Shown here: positions 24,969 through 32,000 of the stretch, piece by piece
Layout: every line of letters begins with the position of its first letter
Numbering within the stretch: position 1 is the stretch's first letter
Source: Candidatus Saccharimonadota bacterium
GTDB lineage: Bacteria; Patescibacteriota; Saccharimonadia; Saccharimonadales; Saccharimonadaceae
Length of the DNA: 32,000 nucleotides
Direction of reading: 5' to 3'
Assembly (NCBI GenBank): GCA_039920285.1
Contig: JBDSDX010000001.1
Span: forward strand, 30,001-62,000
Program-made: the position numbers and the translations under genes
The notes under the pieces: model-generated
What the model was told of the DNA's origin: nothing
Database searches by the model: none
What the model saw: only the letters and a program-made list of their open reading frames with translations

Positions 24969-25538
24969 TTAGTCTTTCTTTCGTTCGCGGTATTCACCAG
25001 TCGATGTATCGATCGAGATGATATCACCGGTTTTGATGAAAGAAGGAACTTTAACGATAAGGCCAGTTTCCATGGTCGCGTCTTTGAGAACACTACTGGT
25101 AGTATCCCCTTTTACGACGTCTTCAGAATACGTCACTGTAAGATGAACATTCTTTGGCAGTTCAACGGTAATCACGCGACCATCGAAGAATTGTAAGCTG
25201 AGTTCATCACCTTCTTTGAGATATCCTTTGACGTCTTCGACAACTTCAGCAGGAAGCTGGAATTGTTCAAACGTTCCTGGATCCATAAAGTAAAAATCTG
25301 CACCGTCATTATAGAGATACTGAACAGTTTGATTATTTACTTCGGCTGAATCAATTTTTTCTTGGCCTTTAAAGGTCTTCGGAATGACTGATCCATCGAT
25401 AAGGTTCTTGAGTTTGACGTTTACAATACTGCCACCACGACCCATCACCTTCTGGTTGTAATCGATGACTTTAAAAGGCTTGTTATCGATTTGAAGGACA
25501 ACACCTTTTTTTAAATCAGTTGGCTGGTAATACGCCAT
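24969..25538 (-). CDS. efp: translation elongation factor P
   Basis: 189 aa with the three-domain EF-P pattern. The loop KVMGRGGSIVNVKLKNL aligns with E. coli KPGKGQAFARVKLRRL. Confidence 0.9.
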   Translation of the reverse strand: MAYYQPTDLKKGVVLQIDNKPFKVIDYNQKVMGRGGSIVNVKLKNLIDGSVIPKTFKGQEKIDSAEVNNQTVQYLYNDGADFYFMDPGTFEQFQLPAEVVEDVKGYLKEGDELSLQFFDGRVITVELPKNVHLTVTYSEDVVKGDTTSSVLKDATMETGLIVKVPSFIKTGDIISIDTSTGEYRERKKD

Positions 25539-25544
25539 GCCGGA

Positions 25545-25748
25545 TTAACCCTGTGAGACGAATGGTAGTAACGCGAGGTGACGAGCACGCTTGATAGCGG
25601 TCGCAAGTTGGCGTTGTTGCTTTGCACTGAGGCCAGTCTTACCGATTGGTTCGATCTGTCCGTAAATGTTAATAAAACGTTGCAGCGTTTTGACATCTTT
25701 GTAGTCAAAATACGCAGGAAAGTCTTTCTTTGATCGTTTTTGCATCAT
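25545..25748 (-). CDS. rpsR: 30S ribosomal protein S18
   Basis: 67 aa. [49 protein letters not shown] is the canonical S18 core. Confidence 0.9.
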   Translation of the reverse strand: MMQKRSKKDFPAYFDYKDVKTLQRFINIYGQIEPIGKTGLSAKQQRQLATAIKRARHLALLPFVSQG

Positions 25749-25784
25749 TATCTTATTCTCCTAAATTATATGGATCTAGCGCTG

Positions 25785-26231
25785 CTAGAATGGAATTTCA
25801 CTTAAATCAATTGGTTTGTCGTCAATGTCTTCAATAACGACATCTTCAGATTTTTTCGGACTTGCCGAACGAGGAGCTGAGCTCTGACCGGCACCGCCAG
25901 CGTTATCGCCAGATGGTCCGTCCAGGAAGGTAACGTCAGTTGCGGTTACTTCAACGCGTGAGCGTTTTTTACCGGTTTCTTTGTCGTCCCAGCTATCTTG
26001 GCGGAGTCGGCCTTGAACGAGAACACGGCGACCTTTTCCAAGGTACTGCATCACGAGTTCGCCGAGTTTTTCCCAGGCAGTGATTTCAAAAAAGTCCGCA
26101 GCGTCGTCTTGACCACCACGGTCGACAGCGATACTAAAGTTCGCGATCACTTTACCGGTTGATGTCGTGCGCTGTTCTGGGTCTCGTGTGAGACGACCCA
26201 TCAAAATGACTTGGTTGATACTCTTTGCCAT
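25785..26231 (-). CDS. ssb: single-stranded DNA-binding protein
   Basis: 148 aa. It has an OB fold (INQVILMGRLTRDPE...RVLVQGRLRQDSWDD), a Gly/Ser/Pro-rich linker and an acidic tip DLSEIPF. It sits between rpsF and rpsR as in most bacteria. Confidence 0.9.
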   Translation of the reverse strand: MAKSINQVILMGRLTRDPEQRTTSTGKVIANFSIAVDRGGQDDAADFFEITAWEKLGELVMQYLGKGRRVLVQGRLRQDSWDDKETGKKRSRVEVTATDVTFLDGPSGDNAGGAGQSSAPRSASPKKSEDVVIEDIDDKPIDLSEIPF

Positions 26232-26236
26232 GGTCC

Positions 26237-26590
26237 CTACTCCTCCTCTTTGACTTCCTCGCGGCTGTCGACTTGTTTTGCTTGCTCTTCGAGAGCGCGG
26301 CGAGCCTTCTCATTTACTGTGACCAGTAAGTAGCGAAGTACTTCGTCGGTAATATTGAAGATATTGCTAATCTTCAAAGGTGCATCTGCTGGCAGTGCAA
26401 CGTCCATGTAGACGTACACGGCGAATTCTTCACGGCGAATACTGTACGCAAGTTTTTTCTTGCCCCAGTTGTCTTCGCGGATGATGTTTCCACCAGCATT
26501 TTTGATGATATCGCGCACTTTTGTGAGTGGCGTTTCGAGATCTGCTTCCAGATCAGGGTGAATCAGAACGGTGAGTTCATATTCTTTCAC
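26237..26590 (-). CDS. rpsF: 30S ribosomal protein S6
   Basis: (M)KEYELTVLIHPDLE is the canonical S6 N-terminus. The start is revised to the GTG at 26590, which has AAAGGAGAG 6-7 nt upstream. The track ATG at 26629 adds 13 non-conserved residues and sits inside a predicted leader hairpin. Confidence 0.85.
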   Translation of the reverse strand: MKEYELTVLIHPDLEADLETPLTKVRDIIKNAGGNIIREDNWGKKKLAYSIRREEFAVYVYMDVALPADAPLKISNIFNITDEVLRYLLVTVNEKARRALEEQAKQVDSREEVKEEE

Positions 26591-26668
26591 TAGGCTCTCC
26601 TTTTGGAATCCGTGTGACCGGATGCCCATGCGTTACGTGAGTAACCTATGGGCTTGAGTTAATATAAC
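26591..26668 (-). promoter_or_regulatory. structured 5' leader of the rpsF operon (possible S6:S18 autoregulatory element)
   Basis: The minus-strand RNA has two hairpins. The first is GCCCAT-AG-GTTAC-TCAC-GTAAC-GC-ATGGGC, with 6-bp and 5-bp stems and a 2x2 internal loop. The second is ATCCG-GTCACA-CGGAT. The SD and GTG follow directly. Confidence 0.35.
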
Positions 26669-26674
26669 CCTGTT

Positions 26675-26703
26675 ATTATACCCTACCTCATCTGTTATTG
26701 CAA
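26675..26703 (-). promoter_or_regulatory. near-consensus sigma70-type promoter of the rpsF-ssb-rpsR-efp-tlyA operon
   Basis: The minus strand reads TTGCAA-17 nt-TATAAT. Confidence 0.5.
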
Positions 26704-26724
26704 CTGCTCCACCCCTTACTATAA

Positions 26725-26744
26725 GCGCGCCCAGACGGACGCGC
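26725..26744 (-). terminator. possible terminator hairpin after ftsK
   Basis: The minus strand reads GCGCGTCC-GTCT-GGGCGCGC, an 8-bp GC-rich stem with one G-U. It is followed by only a weak U tract (TTATAGT). Confidence 0.4.
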
Positions 26745-26780
26745 AATATGAATCAATTGTTGGTTAATGAGCTGTTAAGA

Positions 26781-29024
26781 TTACCCGAGCGCTTCGTCTT
26801 CACCAGTATCACTACTACCGAATACATCATCAAGGCTACTCACAAGGACGTCACGAGGCCGTGCACCGTCAGCAGGACCAATAATACCCTGTTCTTCCAT
26901 TGTCTCAATCAAGCGAGCTGCGCGGGCGTAGCCGACACGCAGACGACGTTGCAGAAGACTAGCACTGGCTTTGCCGGCGTCAACAACAACACGGACAGCG
27001 TCGCGGTACATATCGTCATCACCCGTATCGTTGAAGTCCATGACCACTCCACCCTTACCGTTCAGCTGAACGGGTTGGCTGACTACTTCGTTGTTATATT
27101 GTGGTGGTGATTGTGCACGAAGGTGATCAGTAATCTTCACGACTTCTTCATCAGTGACCCATGCACCTTGGATACGTTTCGGTTTGCTCATACTTGGGGT
27201 CAAAAGCAACATGTCACCTTGACCAAGCAGCTTCTCAGCTCCCATTTGGTCAAGGATAGTGCGACTATCGATTTGTGAAGCAACCGTAAAGGCAATACGA
27301 GCTGGTACGTTGGCCTTGATCAGACCGGTAATGACATCGACTGACGGACGCTGAGTCGCAAGGACTAAGTGAACACCGACGGCACGGGCTTTTTGTGCCA
27401 GACGAACAATCAACGCTTCAACGTCGCGCGCCGCGGCCATCATAAGATCGGCCAACTCGTCGATCACAATCACGATATATGGCATAGCGCCGTTCTCGTG
27501 TTGTTGTTGGTGACCATCTTCATCGGCAACCATAATTTTTTGACCAGCAGATTGCATCAATTTGTTATACGTTTGGATATCGCGAACTTTGTGTTCAGCT
27601 AGCAGTTTATAGCGACGCTCCATCTCGTTGACGGCCCATTTGAGGGCGCTAATCGTTTTCTCTGGCTCTGTAATAACAGGAGTCAAAAGGTGCGGAATAT
27701 CTTCGTATGGTGCCATTTCAACTTGCTTCGGGTCGACAAGAATCAACTTCATTTCACTTGGGCTGTTGTGATACAGCAAGCTCGTGAGAAGTGTATTAAT
27801 CATGACTGATTTACCAGACCCAGTTTGACCAGCAATCAAAAGGTGGGGCATTTTGTTAAGCTCACCAAGCGTTGGTTGACCAGCAATGTCTTTACCAATC
27901 GCGAACTCAAGCGGTTCTCCGCTTTTACCCCATTGTGGACTGGTGAGGATCGAGTGCAAGCGAACATCAGCAGCTTTACGGTTCGGTACTTCGATACCGA
28001 CGGCTTTTTGGCCCGGAATCGGTGCTTCCATACGCAAACTCTGTGCCGCAAGATTGAGAGCAATGTTTGTCTCGAGCGCCGTAATACGACCAAGCTTCAC
28101 ACCACTTGGTGGACGCAGTGTATATTGAGTCACCTTTGGACCAATATTCGCCCCTTCCATATCAACATCAATACCGAATTCACCGAGAGTGTCTTTAATA
28201 ATTTGGGCATTTTGCTGAACATCACCGGCATCAGCGGGCGATTGTTTCTTTTCAAGGAGATCGAAGCCTGGCGCTTTCCAGTTTGGATCACTGATGGTAA
28301 CCAGAGCGGCTTTTTCTTCAGCCGCTTGGTCACGAGGTGTTGAGTCACGGAAACTCGCACGACGAGACGACTTCTCTTCTCCATCGAGCGTTGGAACACC
28401 AGCGTTAAGTTTAAAGTCAGCAATCGTTGTTTTTGGTGTATCAAGCGCGGCTGCGTTACGCATCACCTTGACATTAGCTTCTTGTTCGCTTGTATCACGA
28501 CGGAGGAGTTGCCAGATCTTTTTAATAATCGTGAATGGAGAGACACGGATAATAAACAGCGCCGTAATAATAATGAGCAGAATATAAACAAAGGCGGCAA
28601 CTCCCTTGTTGACGAGCATTAGCAGTCCACTATTAGCGAGGTCGCCGACGAATCCACCAGTTGTCGTCCCGGCAGCGTTTGTGAGGAGTCCAAACAGTCC
28701 CGCAAAGAAGACGAGCGAGAAGATAGTTGCCGCTTTCATCACAAATGGAAGTTTGTTTTCTTCAGCGCGGAACACTTCAACCGCAACGTAGATAAAGATA
28801 ACTGGCAATACATAGACGGCATAGCCAACAGTGCTGAGTGCTGCTTGGTAGAGCCAATCAAGAATTGGACCACCTATGTGGAACCAGCCGAGAACGAGCA
28901 AGAAAGAGAACGCGATCAAGAAAAGAGCGCCTACTTGGGACCAGAAGCCTACGGGCAGCATATGTTGCGGTGCAACTGCTGCTTGCTTCTTCTTGCTTGA
29001 ACTTCGTCTTTTTCTTTTTGCCAT
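26781..29024 (-). CDS. ftsK: DNA translocase FtsK/SpoIIIE
   Basis: 747 aa. It has an N-terminal multi-TM domain, a linker, a motor domain with Walker A GQTGSGKSV and Walker B VIVIDELADLM, and a C-terminal gamma winged helix (ASASLLQRRLRVGYARAARLIETMEEQGIIGP). Confidence 0.9.
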   Translation of the reverse strand: MAKRKRRSSSKKKQAAVAPQHMLPVGFWSQVGALFLIAFSFLLVLGWFHIGGPILDWLYQAALSTVGYAVYVLPVIFIYVAVEVFRAEENKLPFVMKAATIFSLVFFAGLFGLLTNAAGTTTGGFVGDLANSGLLMLVNKGVAAFVYILLIIITALFIIRVSPFTIIKKIWQLLRRDTSEQEANVKVMRNAAALDTPKTTIADFKLNAGVPTLDGEEKSSRRASFRDSTPRDQAAEEKAALVTISDPNWKAPGFDLLEKKQSPADAGDVQQNAQIIKDTLGEFGIDVDMEGANIGPKVTQYTLRPPSGVKLGRITALETNIALNLAAQSLRMEAPIPGQKAVGIEVPNRKAADVRLHSILTSPQWGKSGEPLEFAIGKDIAGQPTLGELNKMPHLLIAGQTGSGKSVMINTLLTSLLYHNSPSEMKLILVDPKQVEMAPYEDIPHLLTPVITEPEKTISALKWAVNEMERRYKLLAEHKVRDIQTYNKLMQSAGQKIMVADEDGHQQQHENGAMPYIVIVIDELADLMMAAARDVEALIVRLAQKARAVGVHLVLATQRPSVDVITGLIKANVPARIAFTVASQIDSRTILDQMGAEKLLGQGDMLLLTPSMSKPKRIQGAWVTDEEVVKITDHLRAQSPPQYNNEVVSQPVQLNGKGGVVMDFNDTGDDDMYRDAVRVVVDAGKASASLLQRRLRVGYARAARLIETMEEQGIIGPADGARPRDVLVSSLDDVFGSSDTGEDEALG

Positions 29025-29069
29025 AATCTTTATTTATTATAGGCGGTTTTGTCGCCGATTAATATTTAT

Positions 29070-29098
29070 ATTATAGCAAAATTTACTACATTTTGCAA
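29070..29098 (-). promoter_or_regulatory. near-consensus sigma70-type promoter with extended -10 for ftsK
   Basis: The minus strand reads TTGCAA-17 nt (ending TGC)-TATAAT, about 45 nt upstream of the ftsK ATG. Confidence 0.5.
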
Positions 29099-29116
29099 TA
29101 GGGCTTATGGTTAGAC

Positions 29117-29142
29117 AAAAAAGAGACCCTCGAAAGGGCCTC
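29117..29142 (-). terminator. intrinsic terminator downstream of rnj
   Basis: The minus strand reads GAGGCCCT-TTCG-AGGGTCTC, an 8-bp stem with one G-U and a UUCG tetraloop, followed by TTTTTTGT. It begins about 17 nt after the rnj stop. Confidence 0.7.
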
Positions 29143-29159
29143 TCCTATGCCGAATCGGA

Positions 29160-31322
29160 CTAGTAGCCGCGAGTTTCGGTCTGCGCTTTCGGCTCAACAG
29201 TCTCAACATCAGGGACGGCTGGTGCTGGGAACGTCTTTGGTTGTGGACGTTGGAAGCGTTGACCACCTGAACGTTGTTCACGAGGACCCTCTTGGCCTTC
29301 GTTTTGTGGCTTACCACCGCCACCAATTTCGTTGATCACAGGGATCACGATTGGAGTACGGCGAGTTTGGTCATACAGAACGTGCGTGAGTTCATCTTTG
29401 ATCTCTTTTTTAATGACATCAAGATCAACACGACGTCCGCCGAATGAACGAGCAACTTTTTGCTTCAGATACTGGCGAATGATACCCATGAGCTCTTCAC
29501 TATCACGAAGATAGATAAATCCACGAGAGATGATATCAGGGCTCGTCAGTAAACGACCACTTCCCTTTGATACCGTCAGGATGACGACAAACATACCTTC
29601 GCTCGCCATGTGGATACGGTCCTTCAAGACAACTTCTGAGACGATTGCGCCTGAATCATCGTACATGACACCGCCAACTTGGACGCGTCCCGCACGTTTT
29701 GCAACGCCGTCAGGAGTAATTTCGATGACATCACCGCTATCACAGACGAAGATGTTTTCACGTTTGATACCACACTCTTTCTCAGCGAGTTCAGCGTTGT
29801 GAACCAACATATGGAACTCACCGTGAATTGGGAGGTAGTATTTCGGATTAAGCGCACTAATCAATTTGACGTGGTCATCATAGTAGCCGTGACCTGAAAG
29901 GTGAATACGTCCGATACCATAGAGGTGAGTCTTACGGTCTTGAATCACTTCGCTTCCCTCTCGCATCAGACCATCGACAGTACGAACAATGTATTTCTCA
30001 TTACCCGGGATGCTACTTGAGCTAAACACGATAATGTCAGTGTTTTTCACTTTAAGGAAACGGTGTGAGCCGCTGGCCATTCGGTTAAGGACAGCGTTGA
30101 ACTCGCCTTGAGAACCAGTACAAAGCACGATAACCTTGCTATCTGGGAGTTTCACGACATCTTCCATCTTTATGATAGTGTCTTTTGGTACCTTGATCGT
30201 TCCTGTACGAAGCGCGACTTCAACGTTTTGAATCATACTGTATCCAGCGATCGCAACCTTACGGCCGTGGGCCGCAGCTTCTTCCATAATAATCTGAAGG
30301 CGATGAAGCTGAGATGAGAAAGTCGAAATAATAATACGGCTCTCTGGATGACCATCCATGATTTGTCCCATACTTGCTTTGACATCAAACTCGCCGTGCT
30401 GGTGGGTTCCTTCGTCTTCACAGTTGGTACTTTCGTTCATCATGAGCACGAAGCCTTCTTTAGTGGCAATTTCCGTGAGCCGTTCGAGGTCGAATTTTAC
30501 ACCATCGACAGGGTTATCTTCGAATCGCCAGTCACCGGTATCGAGGACGTTACCGACTGGTGTACGAATAACGACTGCCGAAGCGTCAGGGATCGAGTGA
30601 CACACGCGAACAAGTTCGATTTCGAAGCTGTCCCCAAGTTTCACCTTGTCGTGAGTTTCTGGATTAATTTCGTTGTATTCAGGAACAAAGCCATCAGTTG
30701 ACTCTTCCATTGTCCGCTGAACCATTGCGAGGGTAAATTTACTCGCGAATACTGGTGCTTCAAGTTGTGCGAGCAGGTGACGTGCTGCACCGATGTGGTC
30801 AAGGTGTCCGTGCGTGAAAACAACACCACGAATCTTGTGCTTGTTCTCGAGGAGGTATGAAATATCTGGCACGATGTAGTTAATGCCTGGATAATCAGCA
30901 CCTGGGAACAAGAATCCCATGTCGATAACGACGATGTCATTATCGTATTCGAGTGCCATCATGTTTTTACCAATACCCATTTCACCGAGACCACCTAGTG
31001 GGATAACTCTCAGTTTCGGGCCGTTAGTCTTTGGTAGTTTTTTGTTCTCGACAACGCTAAATTGACGACCACCCAAGCCGTTAAAAATTGACTTGTTTAC
31101 AGGGACGTTAATGATATGTTGTGAGGCGCGAAGATTCACATCTTCGCTGGTACGACGCTGCGCACGAAATACTTCGCCGCGGCGAGTCTGCGTGTTCGCA
31201 AGAACCGTATTACTTTGTTTTGGACGTTGGGTATTCCCATTGTTGTTGCCACCTTGTCCTTGTGGACGTGGCTTTTTTGAATTTTCATCACCTTGTGGTG
31301 ATGAGAGTCTTTGTTGACCCAT
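29160..31322 (-). CDS. rnj: ribonuclease J (metallo-beta-lactamase / beta-CASP) with low-complexity N- and C-terminal extensions
   Basis: 720 aa. The core starts at KLRVIPLGGLGEMGIGKNMM. It has the HxHxDH motif FTHGHLDHIG, and beta-CASP and C-terminal domains are present. About 100 aa of Q/G/N/R-rich N-terminus and about 60 aa of G/Q/R/P-rich C-terminus flank the core. Confidence 0.9.
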   Translation of the reverse strand: MGQQRLSSPQGDENSKKPRPQGQGGNNNGNTQRPKQSNTVLANTQTRRGEVFRAQRRTSEDVNLRASQHIINVPVNKSIFNGLGGRQFSVVENKKLPKTNGPKLRVIPLGGLGEMGIGKNMMALEYDNDIVVIDMGFLFPGADYPGINYIVPDISYLLENKHKIRGVVFTHGHLDHIGAARHLLAQLEAPVFASKFTLAMVQRTMEESTDGFVPEYNEINPETHDKVKLGDSFEIELVRVCHSIPDASAVVIRTPVGNVLDTGDWRFEDNPVDGVKFDLERLTEIATKEGFVLMMNESTNCEDEGTHQHGEFDVKASMGQIMDGHPESRIIISTFSSQLHRLQIIMEEAAAHGRKVAIAGYSMIQNVEVALRTGTIKVPKDTIIKMEDVVKLPDSKVIVLCTGSQGEFNAVLNRMASGSHRFLKVKNTDIIVFSSSSIPGNEKYIVRTVDGLMREGSEVIQDRKTHLYGIGRIHLSGHGYYDDHVKLISALNPKYYLPIHGEFHMLVHNAELAEKECGIKRENIFVCDSGDVIEITPDGVAKRAGRVQVGGVMYDDSGAIVSEVVLKDRIHMASEGMFVVILTVSKGSGRLLTSPDIISRGFIYLRDSEELMGIIRQYLKQKVARSFGGRRVDLDVIKKEIKDELTHVLYDQTRRTPIVIPVINEIGGGGKPQNEGQEGPREQRSGGQRFQRPQPKTFPAPAVPDVETVEPKAQTETRGY

Positions 31323-31440
31323 AAGTTATATTTTCTCCTTATTTATGAAAAAATTTCTTTATTAATTTATAACGAATTCGAGGTTGAGAAGGGTGCATAT
31401 GCGGGATTATTCCTCTGCCTTCTCTGTATCAAGTGACCTT

Positions 31441-31469
31441 AGTATAGCAAACTATCCCTCTTTTGGCAA
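31441..31469 (-). promoter_or_regulatory. candidate sigma70-type promoter with extended -10 for rnj (the -35 lies inside the end of the UDG gene)
   Basis: The minus strand reads TTGCCA-17 nt (ending TGC)-TATACT. This predicts a leader of about 110 nt before the rnj ATG. Confidence 0.45.
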
Positions 31470-32000
31470 TGTCTCTGACGTTGAGATGATGGCTGGAACC
31501 TTTAAAAAATCGTCAATCAATGTCTGGCGAAGACTGCCGTTATAGAGCGCAGCAGCGGGGTGAAATAGTGGGATAATGATGATTTCGTGATCACCTAGTT
31601 GAATGCGTTTTGGTTCGCCGTGGACCTCCCCTATTTTCATACCAGGTAAGAAATATTCCATACTGTGGCGACCCAAGGTGATAATAACCTTGGGACTGAT
31701 AATTTCCAATTGTTTTAAAAGGTACGGCCAAAAAGCAGCTTTTTCCTCTGGTGACGGATCACGATTCTTTGGAGGACGGTATTTGACGATGTTCGTAATA
31801 TAGACATCGCTTCGTTGCATACCCGCAGCGGTCAACATGTCGTTCAAAAATTTCCCCGACGCACCAATAAACGGAATGCCTTCCAGATCTTCTTTTTTTC
31901 CCGGCGCCTCACCAATAAAGACGATGTCGGTGTCCAGGTTACCCTCCCCTATGACGAGGTTGGTTGCCTGCTCGGCCAAATCTGGGCAGATATTCTTGTT
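31452..32000 (-). CDS. uracil-DNA glycosylase, family 4-like (5' end outside the window)
   Basis: Motifs GEGNLDTDIVFIGEAPGKKEDLEGIPFIGASGKFL, YITNIVKYRPP and PLFHPAA. The track start at 31979 is a TTG. The frame stays open to 32000 (upstream residues NKNICPD), so the true N-terminus is off-window. Confidence 0.8.
   Translation of the reverse strand, partial: NKNICPDLAEQATNLVIGEGNLDTDIVFIGEAPGKKEDLEGIPFIGASGKFLNDMLTAAGMQRSDVYITNIVKYRPPKNRDPSPEEKAAFWPYLLKQLEIISPKVIITLGRHSMEYFLPGMKIGEVHGEPKRIQLGDHEIIIIPLFHPAAALYNGSLRQTLIDDFLKVPAIISTSETLPKEG

Noticed and set aside
24962-25093. The ORF track gives long N-terminal extensions for tlyA (to 25093), pilO-like (to 16532), small paralog B (to 20761), rpsF (to 26629) and pilM (TTG at 18251).
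   Set aside because: The extensions overlap the upstream gene's coding region or add non-conserved residues before canonical N-termini. Internal ATG/GTG starts sit at stop/start junctions or behind good SDs.
659-31803. Many 60-170-aa ORFs in the track lie antisense to, or out of frame within, the long genes. Examples are 659-883, 3155-3571, 4316-4645, 10557-10931, 17848-18258, 20861-21328 and 27825-28343.
   Set aside because: Each is fully embedded in a longer ORF with clear family motifs. Their translations are low-complexity or Cys/Arg/Ser-rich shadow-frame products, and none has an SD or promoter.
1-32000. A scan for CRISPR arrays, IS elements or transposases, toxin-antitoxin pairs, restriction-modification or other defence genes, and rRNA.
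   Set aside because: No regularly spaced direct repeats, no transposase- or integrase-like ORFs other than the Xer-type recombinase, and no rRNA-like sequence were seen. Apart from the tandem gene duplication, every ORF longer than 80 aa is accounted for by the annotated genes or their shadow frames.

Overview
This window is gene-dense and almost entirely minus-strand. Only a Xer-type recombinase and ychF are on the plus strand. The gene content reads like a small-genome monoderm or CPR (Saccharibacteria-like) chromosome, but that is an inference I cannot verify here.

Left part (1-6.5 kb): small membrane proteins, pepC, purB, tRNA-Arg(CCU), ndk, uppP and a XerC/D-type recombinase.

Centre (6.5-18.25 kb): a complete co-directional type IV pilus locus in transcription order pilM-pilN-pilO-like-(83 aa)-pilB-pilT-pilC-pilA-pilD, then three minor pilins and a PilX-like protein. 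No secretin, PilP or pilotin is recognisable in the window.

Most interesting region (18.28-23.1 kb): directly upstream of pilM, on the same strand and joined by stop/start overlaps, lies a tandemly duplicated two-gene module. Each copy has a ~173-aa membrane-anchored TPR-like protein and a ~630-aa secreted protein with 10 conserved Cys. I cannot place either protein in a characterised family. This is my best candidate for an undescribed pilus-linked surface or host-interaction system.

Right part: ychF, an rpsF-ssb-rpsR-efp-tlyA operon, ftsK, rnj (with low-complexity terminal extensions) and a 5'-truncated family-4-like uracil-DNA glycosylase.

Several near-consensus sigma70-type promoters and two clean intrinsic terminators are readable in the few real intergenic gaps. 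I saw no CRISPR array, IS or transposase, rRNA or prophage genes.

CDS coordinates follow the ORF track and include the stop codon. Where the track's longest-ORF start overlaps the upstream gene or lacks an SD, I give a revised start. Coordinates of non-CDS features were counted by hand and may be off by 1-2 nt.
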